Assembly: GCA_041660485.1 (NCBI GenBank)
Contig: JBAZWF010000001.1
Coordinates: 410,224-474,223 of the forward strand
Direction: 5' to 3'
DNA: 64,000 nt
Source of the DNA: Candidatus Pacearchaeota archaeon
GTDB lineage: Archaea > Nanobdellota > Nanobdellia > Pacearchaeales > GW2011-AR1
The notes under the pieces were generated by a model, which was given only the letters and a program-made list of their open reading frames with translations, was not told the DNA's origin and made no database searches. Of this stretch, positions 8,922 through 18,551 are shown one piece after another. Each line of letters opens with the position of its first letter. Position 1 is the first letter of the stretch. The position numbers and the translations under genes are program-made.

Positions 8922-9005
8922 GTGGGTGTGCCGGAGTGGTCAAACGGGACAGACTCAAAATCTGTTAGCTTAGTGCTTTCCTAGGTTCGAATCCTAGCAC
9001 CCACA
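8922..9005 (+). tRNA. tRNA-Leu (anticodon CAA), no intron
   Basis: Acceptor GTGGGTG/CACCCAC, anticodon arm ACAGA-CT-CAA-AA-TCTGT, long variable arm, T arm CTAGG-TTCGAAT-CCTAG, discriminator A. Confidence 0.85.
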
Positions 9006-9213
9006 TTTTATAAATATGCTATGAGATTCGAACCGTAGGTTCGAACTCAGTTAAATTCACAGAATTTAACTTACCAGAAATCTTTGATTTATGAGTACTA
9101 GCACCCACATTTTATAAATATGCTATGAGATTCGAACCGTAGGTTTGAACTCAGTTAAATTCACAGAATTTAACTTACCAAAAATAGAATATTTTTGAGT
9201 ACTAGCACCCACA
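9006..9213 (+). repeat. Two tandem 104-nt units, each ending in a copy of the last 12 nt of tRNA-Leu
   Basis: Units are 9006-9109 and 9110-9213. Each starts ttttataaatatgctatgagattcgaacc and ends gagtactagcacccaca. Unit 1 has hairpins ttcgaacc-gta-ggttcgaa (9027-9045) and agttaaattc-aca-gaatttaact (9049-9071). ctagcacccaca occurs at 8994-9005, 9098-9109 and 9202-9213. Confidence 0.9.
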
Positions 9214-12200
9214 TTAATTAGAAGAACTCTCTTTATACTTGTCATAATATTGTAAAACCTTTTCAACATAATCATCTCGAATAACATTAAAACATACGTC
9301 AGAACGATATTGAGGGCAATTTTTCTCTAAATTTCCAATTCCATGATTATAAGCATATAATAAATTACTAATAAGATTAACTCTATAAACCTCTTGCAAA
9401 CATTTTAAATAACAAATTCCTAGATTAATATTTGCCGAAACATCAGTATTTGAAGGATTATCAATATTGTCCCACCCTGTAAAAACTAAACCTCTACAGT
9501 TATTAACTCTATTAAAACATTCTCCATTGCTAACTGCAACTGCCCCATAACCTCCACTATTTGTTATTTGCATTAAACCTAAAGCTCCTGCATTACTTTT
9601 ATCTTTTGGATTCCAATTACTTTCTTGTTTAACAACTGCTTTAGCTAAATTTGCATCAAAGTTTCTAGCACTAGCAATTTGTTCAACAATTGGAGAATAA
9701 GTTATTTCATTTTGAGAAGGAGTTGTAGTTGTTGTAGTTGTATCTTTTTTTGCAAGTGGTTCCCAAATAATGGTAATCGGATCTTTATTAAAATCCACAG
9801 TTGTCAAAATAAGTTTATTACCTGTAGCTGTTGCAGGATAACTATAAACCTCAGCAGTTTTTTTATCTTTATCTATCCATTTACTAAATATAACATTATG
9901 TTCTCCAGTAGCAGTATTTTTATTATAAATCTGAAGTAAATCTCCTGCTCTTAAATCATATTGTCCCCTAGAACAAGCATTACACGAAGAACAAGCAGGT
10001 TTTGCATATGAAGGATTAATATCATTTGTTGCAAAAACACAATTCTTATCAACACCTGCAACATAATAAACAGAAACAGCAACAGTAAAACAACTCAATT
10101 CCCCTTCACTTTTAGGACAATACTGATTATAAATGTCTTTTCCAAGTTGCCCTTTTAATTCTTCAGCAGCCTGAATTACTTTTGCACCTAAATCAGTTTC
10201 AGTTGTAGTTGTCCCACCCTTCACTTTACAACAAACTTTATCTGCATCTAAAATTTCTTTTTTATTTGTTAATTTATCAGTTATATCTTCTTCATTAGTA
10301 GCACACTTATCATCTTTTATATTTCCACCGGCAGTTTTACATTCACTTTCTCCACTTATCTCACTACTTACAGCATTTGGTTGAGTTGTAATAGGTAAAC
10401 TTTTCCAAATAACTAAAGATAAAACATGATAAACTCTTGCTCGATCAAAAAACATTCTTGCTTTTTGTAAAATATTTAAAGAATATTGGTTATCAAGAGT
10501 ATCAAGTTTTACAATAATAACTTTAGCATTTGCTTTTGCATCATCAACATTCATTGAATTTAATTTATTAATTTCCTCTTCAATTTTTCCAAACTCACTA
10601 GCTGCAATATTTACATCAAGTTCTTTAAATCCTGCAATTTGTTGGCTAAGCAAACCTGCTTGTTTATCTAATGTACTTATTGTTTCATTTAAAACTCCTG
10701 CATTTCCAGAAGTTATTGCATCTGCAATTGAACTTTTATCAAGCCAGCATCTTATTTTTGTATCTCCACAATATCCAACAGTTTGCCATCTTGCAGGTTC
10801 AGTTGTTCCACCCGGATTGTTTGTTGCACATATTCTTATTAATCCTCTACTATAAATTTGTGCAGTTGTTGCTTCTTGAACACCTGCTTGAAGATTTGGA
10901 TTAACAGTGGCTAATAGTCCCGGAGTTCCAGAAACACAACCTGCTTCAGTTGTTATTTGAGTATTTGTTGCCTGATCTTGTATATATTTATCTCTAATAT
11001 AATTTATAGCAAATGAAGTTGAAACTTGTTTAAATCCGCATTTTTCTTCTATTCCAATTCTCACACAAAGTTGTTGATAACCAGAAGGCCCTGTAAAGTC
11101 TTTTGTTTGATCAACATATCCTCCTTTTGCAACATAACCTGTATCAACATAACCATAGCCAGTTGTTGAATAAAGTGAAACTCCAGTTGCATCTTTCAAA
11201 TAAACTGAATACTGCGCACCTTCATCATTTCCTGCATAAATATGATAATAAACTTTATATTGTGAAACAGCAGGCACAGTTGAATCTGTTTGTTTAATTT
11301 CTTCAAACCAGGCACTAAATTGTGTTGGTGAATCAGGTTCAATTAATGTTTTAAATGAACTTGGATATTTTGTTGAAACAAATGATTTACAAACTTCAGT
11401 TCCAACTTCTGCTGTTGAACGAGTTTTAAATGATTTCATTGCATTAATTCCATAAACATTTGTAAAATAATTAATTGAACTTTGCATATTTGTCCATGCA
11501 GCTTGAACACTCATATATTCTCCTCCGCCTCTTGAACCTCCTCCAACTGCAAATTCTAAAAGTTTAGGAAGAATCACATTTAATAAAGGAGAAACTTGTT
11601 TCCAGAAAAATTCACAAGTATAAATTGCAGTTATTTCATCACATATTCCAACATATCTTCCAGTTTCAAGATTTTCCTGCAAACAATCACGTGAAGCTTT
11701 CAAAATTGAAACATAATTATCAACACCTGCCTGAACTCCAGTTAAACAAACCGGTATGAAAATTCCTTCTTTATAATTAGGCAGACATAAAAATAAACTT
11801 CCTGCAATTCCACTCTGAACAACATCATCAACATAATATTTTCCTCCTAAATTACATCTTGAGGCAGGACATATAACCGGATCACACATATTAAATAATA
11901 ATTTACAATCATCAGCAGACATAAAGTCTTGACATTGAGTTTCAGGATTATTTGTTGCAGCATTTCCAACTGTAATTTTTTGTCCTAAAATTGTTACATA
12001 TTTAATACTTGAACCATATTGATTTGCAGCTTGTTCAATTGCCTGCAAAGCACTCTGAACTTTTTGTGTAGCTTCTTTATCAGTTAAACCATAAAACTGA
12101 TTTAATTGTTGTCCAGTATTCATATTAAACTGCTGGCATAAATCATCACCTAATCCTGTATTAAATTCTTCTCGTCCATTTTTACCAACATTACAAAGCC

Positions 12201-15200
12201 AGAAACTTGAAACCGCTCCAGAATCTTGATATGTTTTAATATTTCCAAATGCAGCAATTGTTTGCTTTGTAGCCGCATACCATCCATTTTTCAAATCAAA
12301 CGGAACAACAGCAGGCATTCCTTTGTAAGGTTCAGTTTCATAATATTTTACTTTTGCATCTTTAAATGCATTATTATATGAAGATGAATCAAACTTTTCA
12401 AATAAAGGATGTTCAGTTTTAATTTTACTAATTAAAGTATTATCTGTAATTTGCTGATTATTTTTATCAAATATTTTACCTTCATCAATAATATATTGAG
12501 TTGTACTTCCAGGAGCTAATTTTAATGCAACAGAATAAACATTTCCATCAATCATAACTCCTTGAATATGAGTATTTGTTGGTAAACTAAATTGATTTGT
12601 AGCTTCAGTTACTGCTCCTGTATAAGGTTCAACATTTGCAATCCCTTGTTTATTTTTTTGAGCATTAACACTATAAGTTCCTGCAATTCCTAAAGTTCCT
12701 GCATTTGCAACTGTCTGTTTTATATTATCAGTTTCTGCCTCAATCTGTTTAATATTATTCATTGAGGTGTATAATTTTTGTTCTTGAATTTTCTTTAATG
12801 TTGAACTAGTATCGCTTGCAATATAACTATTATAAGCTAATCTTAATTCTCTTGTCTGATCATATGTTAATGTTTCAGAATCTAATTTTGATGCAATATC
12901 TTTTATGGCAATAGAATTTTGTCCTTTATCATCAGCTATACTTAAAGAACTTGTACTTAATTCAGTTTTCAACTTTTCAACATAAGCTGCATTTGCACTA
13001 TCTGCATCAATTGTCTTTCCGCCAAGAATGCCAGTAGTTTTTGTAAATGGTTCTTGAATAGCTTTAATTTCATTATTCACATTAGTTATTTGTTGAGATA
13101 ATAAATTAACATCTCTTTCTATGTTATCATTATTTTTAGAAAAACAATCATCTAAACTTGCATAAGGCCCGCCAGCCATTGTAGTTCCAGTCTTCGGCAT
13201 ACCTCCATTTGACATTGCATCAGCACAAAGTGCATTCCATCCAGAATTTGCTGCATTCATAACCTGAGTTCTTGCAATAGCTTTTCCACCTAAATTTGAA
13301 AATAAATTCTTAACTTGCAATACAGCAGATGTTGCAAAACAAGCAGTTTTCATTACTTTAACTGTTGAAGTTAATTTAGCAGAGATATTTTGCCATTTAG
13401 CAATTGATTCATTTAACCTTGCTATTCTTTCTTTTGTTTTTTCAGGAGATAACTTTATAGCTCTTTCTTCAATTCCAATTCTATAACTTACATTAGCATA
13501 TGAACCAAGATTTTTCACAACTGGTTGAATTTTTATTTTTGCAACACTTTTAACAGTTACTTCTTGTAAAATTAAATTTTCTCCACAAACCGGTTTTTGA
13601 ACTCCAATAACTAAACTTTCAGTTTGAGTTGTTAATTTTCCATTAGTATCATAACAATTTCCAATTACTTTAGCTCCTTCATCAGTAAAACTATCTAATT
13701 GAATATTTGTTTTTTGTTTTTTAGTTCCATCTGTTTGAGTAACTGAACTAGGAGAAATAATATATTCTTTAGCTTCACTTAATATTACTGGATTTCCATT
13801 AAGCATAAATTTGACCTTGCTTAAATCTTCTCCAACATTATAAATGGATTTTAATGTAACAACGTGTTTTTGCCCAGAAAGCTCAAAAACAAATGATGCT
13901 TTGCTATTATCAATATTTATGTCTTGAATCCCATAAGGTAATTCATTATATTTCGATTTATATAAGGCTAAAATTTCTTCTGCAACTTTTCCTTTATTTG
14001 TACTTACAGCAAGATTATATGCATTTTGCAAAGAAACTTTTCCATAAGTATCTCCATTTGAAGAATCTGATTTTTCATATTCAACATCTCCATAAGTTTC
14101 ACTTACAGATTTATATCCATCAACAGCTAAATTAAAGTTATTTTCAAAATCTCCACTTCCAGTATCAATACTAATTGCTCCAGTATAATCTGAAAATAAA
14201 ATATCCTTGCCAATAAAATTAACAGAATCTCCTTTTTTTATTATTGCAATAGCATATTGTTTATTGTATGTATAAACATTGCTTTTAAAATCAGTATTTA
14301 AAAGACTTAATGCATAATCATTTAATTTTTTCTTGAGCTCTTCACTAAATATAGTTGTTTGAGGTAATGAAACTAAAATTAAAAATGGCGCTTTATCTTT
14401 TGAACTAACTCCTGTTGATGCAAAATAAGTATTATTGTTATCTCCATTATATAATAAACTTCCAACAGAATATCCATCATTACTTGAACTATCAAATGTA
14501 ATTAAAGCACTTTTAACTCCAAGCTCTAAAACAAATGGTTTTCTTCCACTACTTGTCTGACAATCTCCTCTTACAATTCCACTGCTTCCACCACTTGATT
14601 CAATTTTATTAACCTTACAAATATTATCTGCAAATACCCCTCCTACACCTTCATAAACATCATATTCATCACTATCAAAAGTTAATTTTGCACTTTTTTG
14701 TGCACTTAGTGAATCAGAATAAGTAATTGTATATCCTGCATTACAATAAAATCCAGGTAAATATTGTTCAGATGAAGATTTTCCTCTTGAAACTTCAAAC
14801 GAACTTACTTTATGATTTACATCACTATAAACAGAACCTCTAACAACACCACTATCAACATATTCAACTCTTAAAAATCCTTTTCCATTCATAAACACAA
14901 ATTCATTATATCTCTGTTGCCATTGTTCCTCTGTTAAAACCGGAATTAGTTTTTCATTAATTCCCATTCCAAAAGCAACCGGAGCATCATAAGTTATTTT
15001 AGCAGTTAAATTTCCTGAAATAACTTTAGTTAAATTATTTTCATTTGGTTGTTGTTTTAATACAATAACTGCATATCCAATATTATCGATTGTTGGAAAT
15101 CCATTTTTGCCTTTTGATGTAGATAATATTGTTTTAGTAGGTTGATAAAAAGTAACACCTGTAACACCTACAGGAGTTTTTCCACTATAACTAAAACTAA

Positions 15201-15573
15201 TTGATTTAATTTCTTCTGGATTTACTGCAGGATTAATTTGTATTGCTTGCAACTTGCAAAAAACCGGAACATTTTGTTCAGCAAGCAAATCACTTCTTAC
15301 CACAGCCGGAGTACAACCGCCAGGAGAAATTTGAACTATAAAATCCTGTCTTGCTAAACACATCTCACGATTTGCAGTTGGATTTCCTCCATATAAATAA
15401 GGAAATAAAACCGAATTACTTCCTGAAAATCCAGGTTGATAGTATTGAGGATTTGAAAAAGATGCACTACTCCCTCCAGAAGAATATTCTCCTCCAGTGC
15501 TTCCATAAAATTCAGCACTAACAAAAAATACCATGCTTAAAGTTAATAACAAAACTAATATTTTACGAATCAT
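9214..15573 (-). CDS. Giant secreted protein (2119 aa) with a C-terminal SLT lytic-transglycosylase domain, preceded by a candidate papain-fold (NlpC/P60/CHAP-like) module
   Basis: Signal peptide MIRKILVLLLTLSMVFFVSA. SLT motifs AVVKQESNWNP, GLMQI and AYNHG in the last ~168 aa (nt ~9217-9720). Upstream are ELSCFTVAVSVYY ... AGDLLQI..GEHNVIFSKW (Cys/His spacing, inference), a poly-Thr linker, and a Cys-rich and coiled-coil middle. Confidence 0.85.
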   Translation of the reverse strand: MIRKILVLLLTLSMVFFVSAEFYGSTGGEYSSGGSSASFSNPQYYQPGFSGSNSVLFPYLYGGNPTANREMCLARQDFIVQISPGGCTPAVVRSDLLAEQNVPVFCKLQAIQINPAVNPEEIKSISFSYSGKTPVGVTGVTFYQPTKTILSTSKGKNGFPTIDNIGYAVIVLKQQPNENNLTKVISGNLTAKITYDAPVAFGMGINEKLIPVLTEEQWQQRYNEFVFMNGKGFLRVEYVDSGVVRGSVYSDVNHKVSSFEVSRGKSSSEQYLPGFYCNAGYTITYSDSLSAQKSAKLTFDSDEYDVYEGVGGVFADNICKVNKIESSGGSSGIVRGDCQTSSGRKPFVLELGVKSALITFDSSSNDGYSVGSLLYNGDNNNTYFASTGVSSKDKAPFLILVSLPQTTIFSEELKKKLNDYALSLLNTDFKSNVYTYNKQYAIAIIKKGDSVNFIGKDILFSDYTGAISIDTGSGDFENNFNLAVDGYKSVSETYGDVEYEKSDSSNGDTYGKVSLQNAYNLAVSTNKGKVAEEILALYKSKYNELPYGIQDINIDNSKASFVFELSGQKHVVTLKSIYNVGEDLSKVKFMLNGNPVILSEAKEYIISPSSVTQTDGTKKQKTNIQLDSFTDEGAKVIGNCYDTNGKLTTQTESLVIGVQKPVCGENLILQEVTVKSVAKIKIQPVVKNLGSYANVSYRIGIEERAIKLSPEKTKERIARLNESIAKWQNISAKLTSTVKVMKTACFATSAVLQVKNLFSNLGGKAIARTQVMNAANSGWNALCADAMSNGGMPKTGTTMAGGPYASLDDCFSKNNDNIERDVNLLSQQITNVNNEIKAIQEPFTKTTGILGGKTIDADSANAAYVEKLKTELSTSSLSIADDKGQNSIAIKDIASKLDSETLTYDQTRELRLAYNSYIASDTSSTLKKIQEQKLYTSMNNIKQIEAETDNIKQTVANAGTLGIAGTYSVNAQKNKQGIANVEPYTGAVTEATNQFSLPTNTHIQGVMIDGNVYSVALKLAPGSTTQYIIDEGKIFDKNNQQITDNTLISKIKTEHPLFEKFDSSSYNNAFKDAKVKYYETEPYKGMPAVVPFDLKNGWYAATKQTIAAFGNIKTYQDSGAVSSFWLCNVGKNGREEFNTGLGDDLCQQFNMNTGQQLNQFYGLTDKEATQKVQSALQAIEQAANQYGSSIKYVTILGQKITVGNAATNNPETQCQDFMSADDCKLLFNMCDPVICPASRCNLGGKYYVDDVVQSGIAGSLFLCLPNYKEGIFIPVCLTGVQAGVDNYVSILKASRDCLQENLETGRYVGICDEITAIYTCEFFWKQVSPLLNVILPKLLEFAVGGGSRGGGEYMSVQAAWTNMQSSINYFTNVYGINAMKSFKTRSTAEVGTEVCKSFVSTKYPSSFKTLIEPDSPTQFSAWFEEIKQTDSTVPAVSQYKVYYHIYAGNDEGAQYSVYLKDATGVSLYSTTGYGYVDTGYVAKGGYVDQTKDFTGPSGYQQLCVRIGIEEKCGFKQVSTSFAINYIRDKYIQDQATNTQITTEAGCVSGTPGLLATVNPNLQAGVQEATTAQIYSRGLIRICATNNPGGTTEPARWQTVGYCGDTKIRCWLDKSSIADAITSGNAGVLNETISTLDKQAGLLSQQIAGFKELDVNIAASEFGKIEEEINKLNSMNVDDAKANAKVIIVKLDTLDNQYSLNILQKARMFFDRARVYHVLSLVIWKSLPITTQPNAVSSEISGESECKTAGGNIKDDKCATNEEDITDKLTNKKEILDADKVCCKVKGGTTTTETDLGAKVIQAAEELKGQLGKDIYNQYCPKSEGELSCFTVAVSVYYVAGVDKNCVFATNDINPSYAKPACSSCNACSRGQYDLRAGDLLQIYNKNTATGEHNVIFSKWIDKDKKTAEVYSYPATATGNKLILTTVDFNKDPITIIWEPLAKKDTTTTTTTPSQNEITYSPIVEQIASARNFDANLAKAVVKQESNWNPKDKSNAGALGLMQITNSGGYGAVAVSNGECFNRVNNCRGLVFTGWDNIDNPSNTDVSANINLGICYLKCLQEVYRVNLISNLLYAYNHGIGNLEKNCPQYRSDVCFNVIRDDYVEKVLQYYDKYKESSSN

Positions 15574-17450
15574 CTTAAAGTCACTCCTAAAATTTTATTA
15601 TTAATTAATTCATAATTTTGTTGAAGTTGATCAAGACTTGAAGGATTTGGAAGTGACCCAACAGAAATATCTAATGAAGTTGCAGATTTAATATTATCTT
15701 CAAGAAGATATTCACTTGTTTTTCCTCCTGCAGTAAGAGCATTTGTTAAAGTTTCTCCAGGAATTGTAATATCAAAGCATTTTTCACTTGTTTTTCCAAA
15801 GAATCCCATTATTCCAGAATCTAAAACACTTACACACTGTCTTGATGTGCTTGAAGGTATAGTTAATGAAGCTCCGCTAAATACCTGCATACTAATATTA
15901 TAATATCCTTCACTTAATTTTATCTGCTTCTGTTGAGGATAAACCAGAGTAAATTTATTTTTATCACTTTCAAAATTAATTATTGCAATATCATTTTCTC
16001 CTCCAGTAAATTCGATTCCATTAATGATAACTCTAACATTAATGTCATAACTTTTATCCATAGGAATATTAACAACTCCAGCTTCATTTGTTGAAATAAT
16101 ATTTTCCTGAGTAATATATCCTTCAGCAGTTGCAGTTACTTTTCCATTAATGCATTGAGGAAATTCAGTTGTTAATTTTGCATCTTGTCCACTTAATTTA
16201 GTTGTTCCAATATTACATTTTGTATTAAAACAATTATAACTTACATCTGCTTCAACAGGAGCAAGAGTTTTCAAATCATAAGTATAAACATCCATTTGAG
16301 TATTTTTATAATTGCAAATTTGTTCTATATTATCCTGATTATCAAGTGCTTGTCCATTAATTGCTTTCCTTGGAACATTTTTATCAAGAACAACTGAAAC
16401 CGGGAATTGGAAAAGTTCCCTACCATCATAAATTTGAACTAATACCGGATAATAAACATCATATACATAATGATAAGGCACATAACAAAATCCAATTATT
16501 CCCATTCCTTGTTCTAATCCAACTGGCTCTGCAATTAAAAGATTATTATCTGCAGGCCAAACTTCAATTCTTGTTGGCCAATCAGAATTATACATAAAAT
16601 TAACAGAATCTTCTGTTTTTAATCCATCGACAACAAAATACTTATTATCTTTATCATTAAGATTATAATAATTTCCTTCTAATTTTATTGCTGCAATATT
16701 TGCTGATAATCCTAACTTGATATCATTTGCAACATCCTGAGCTTTCCATATTTTTGGAGCACAGCTTAATTCTGTTCCAGTAACCGGAGCATAATTATAT
16801 AATGCATCAACAGAATAATTTTCTAAAAACGCATCACTTAATTCTTTATCATAAATATCTCTTGCAGTACTGTAAAACTTTCCAAATTTGCTGTCTACTT
16901 CAACTTCATAAGAAGATTTTGAAGAAGAAACATTTCCTTTTGCAACTCCAATATTTTCATTAACATTTACTCTTACACTTCCATCAAATATTGTTACACT
17001 TGTTTCTGCATCTCCAGTCTTAACAGTATATCCTCTAGAAACAAATTCATTAAAATTACATTTCGCAACTTCTTCATTTAAATAATTAGCTAATTGTGTT
17101 TCAATTTCAGTTTTTGATGGCACCTGCTCTTCAACAAGATTATTTCCAGAAACATAATACCAATACGGAACCGGATTACCTAAAAAATCTAACTGTGATG
17201 AAAACGGAGCATATTCACTTCCAGGTTTAAACTCAGGCACCTCAATATATCCTCCTTGCGAACCTGCAATTCTTAATCCCTCTAAAGTTTTCTGTTTTAT
17301 GCAATCATCAAAATACTGATAAACTTCATTTGTTTCAGGTGCAGTAGTACCAGTAAAAATCTTATCTCTAAAAGTATAAATTAAAATCCCTGCTGCAATT
17401 ATAATCACTGCAAATATTATGAAAATAGTAACTTGTCCCTTCTTGCTCAT
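15570..17450 (-). CDS. Large extracellular protein with a class III (prepilin-type) signal peptide
   Basis: The ORF track starts at GTG 17462. ATG at 17450 gives MSKKG/QVTIFIIFAVIIIAAGILIY (KG then Q, followed by a hydrophobic helix), preceded by GGAGGT. The stop overlaps the start of the 2119-aa gene (ATGA). Confidence 0.65.
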   Translation of the reverse strand: MSKKGQVTIFIIFAVIIIAAGILIYTFRDKIFTGTTAPETNEVYQYFDDCIKQKTLEGLRIAGSQGGYIEVPEFKPGSEYAPFSSQLDFLGNPVPYWYYVSGNNLVEEQVPSKTEIETQLANYLNEEVAKCNFNEFVSRGYTVKTGDAETSVTIFDGSVRVNVNENIGVAKGNVSSSKSSYEVEVDSKFGKFYSTARDIYDKELSDAFLENYSVDALYNYAPVTGTELSCAPKIWKAQDVANDIKLGLSANIAAIKLEGNYYNLNDKDNKYFVVDGLKTEDSVNFMYNSDWPTRIEVWPADNNLLIAEPVGLEQGMGIIGFCYVPYHYVYDVYYPVLVQIYDGRELFQFPVSVVLDKNVPRKAINGQALDNQDNIEQICNYKNTQMDVYTYDLKTLAPVEADVSYNCFNTKCNIGTTKLSGQDAKLTTEFPQCINGKVTATAEGYITQENIISTNEAGVVNIPMDKSYDINVRVIINGIEFTGGENDIAIINFESDKNKFTLVYPQQKQIKLSEGYYNISMQVFSGASLTIPSSTSRQCVSVLDSGIMGFFGKTSEKCFDITIPGETLTNALTAGGKTSEYLLEDNIKSATSLDISVGSLPNPSSLDQLQQNYELINNKILGVTLR

Positions 17451-17729
17451 TTTACTTTTCACTTTTCTTACCTCCTATTTTTATTTTTATCAGTTCCATA
17501 ATCTCGCTGTTAATATCTTTATCAATAGTTTCTTTGAACTTTTCCCAAAGTTTCTCATCTTCTATAAGAAGCAAGTATTTTTTCACTTTTTCATTTCCTC
17601 TTTTAATTAAACACCCAAACAAACAATAAAGTATATAAAAAAACGCGCTATTTAAATCTTATTATTAAGTTAGTAAGTAAGTTACTTAGTAAGAGAAAGA
17701 AAAAGAAATGCCAAATTACTTAATCAAAC

Positions 17730-18530
17730 TTACTTTTCTAACTTTTCTATTGTCTTCTTATAACAATCAAAAGCCTCTTGTAATCCTTTTACCTGCTGGC
17801 ACATTGTACTTGATAGTGATTTAATATCTTCTTTTTTACGTTTTCCCATCATTTCATTCTTTTTAGCTCTATAAATTTCATATGCTCCGCTCAGAACATT
17901 TGTTGCAACTACCGCTCCAAGATAAGAATTTACAATATTTCTTGAATTAGGTTGTGTAAAAGGAAACATATTATTAGCCATAATTCCTGCAAGAAAATGA
18001 AATGCTCCAGAATATAAAGAATACATAATTTTAAAAGATTCATAATTTCCGAAAGCAGGATTAATATCAAATGCTTTATTTTCTTTTTCTAATATATCAA
18101 GATTTTTTCTTATATGTGTTGGTGCAAAATATATTGATTCTACAACTGATTTTGCAAAATTATATGTGCCTTTTCCAATTTCTTTTGTAACATTATATGT
18201 ATCTTTTCCAATTTCTCCAACTACTTCATACCATTTTGGTTCTCTTAAATTTCCATTTAAACTTAAATTTCCTTCTGTACCCACCATACTTTCTAAATCA
18301 TTTTTTTTCTTTTCTTTTTCTAAAAGAGTTTCACACGGATCTTCTGCATATTCTATTAATTTCTTTTCAATTTCGCCTAGAAACTCACGATTACTCTTAA
18401 GTTCTTCTTCATATGAAATGTTTGTATAACTATCCTGTCCAGTTTCATGAAGAGCATAGTCTTCAGTTTCATAAGGCACAGTTGATGTTTGTGCTCTTTT
18501 ATTTGCTTGAATTTTTGTTTGTGTTTCCAT
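17730..18530 (-). CDS. Hypothetical protein, tandem paralog A (266 aa)
   Basis: N-terminal ~110 aa are homologous to the 18552-19229 product. Internal duplication IGKDTYNVTKE/IGKGTYNFAKS. Hydrophobic Gly/Ala-rich C-terminal region LGAVVATNVLSGAYEIYR. Confidence 0.6.
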   Translation of the reverse strand: METQTKIQANKRAQTSTVPYETEDYALHETGQDSYTNISYEEELKSNREFLGEIEKKLIEYAEDPCETLLEKEKKKNDLESMVGTEGNLSLNGNLREPKWYEVVGEIGKDTYNVTKEIGKGTYNFAKSVVESIYFAPTHIRKNLDILEKENKAFDINPAFGNYESFKIMYSLYSGAFHFLAGIMANNMFPFTQPNSRNIVNSYLGAVVATNVLSGAYEIYRAKKNEMMGKRKKEDIKSLSSTMCQQVKGLQEAFDCYKKTIEKLEK

Positions 18531-18551
18531 TTTAAGTTTTTGAAAATATAA

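Noticed and set aside
9014-9071. Minus-strand tRNA or tRNA half in the Leu repeat units (the reverse complement reads GGTTCGAATCTCATAGCA)
   Set aside because: Only a T-loop-like sequence and a short acceptor-like tail are present. No D arm, anticodon arm or matching 5' acceptor strand can be built.
9679-14135. Plus-strand ORFs inside the giant gene (9679-9939, 10671-10904, 11103-11297, 13893-14135)
   Set aside because: They are antisense to a 2119-aa ORF that has clear domain motifs. Low-complexity L/F/H/Q-rich translations are typical of antisense frames in AT-rich DNA.
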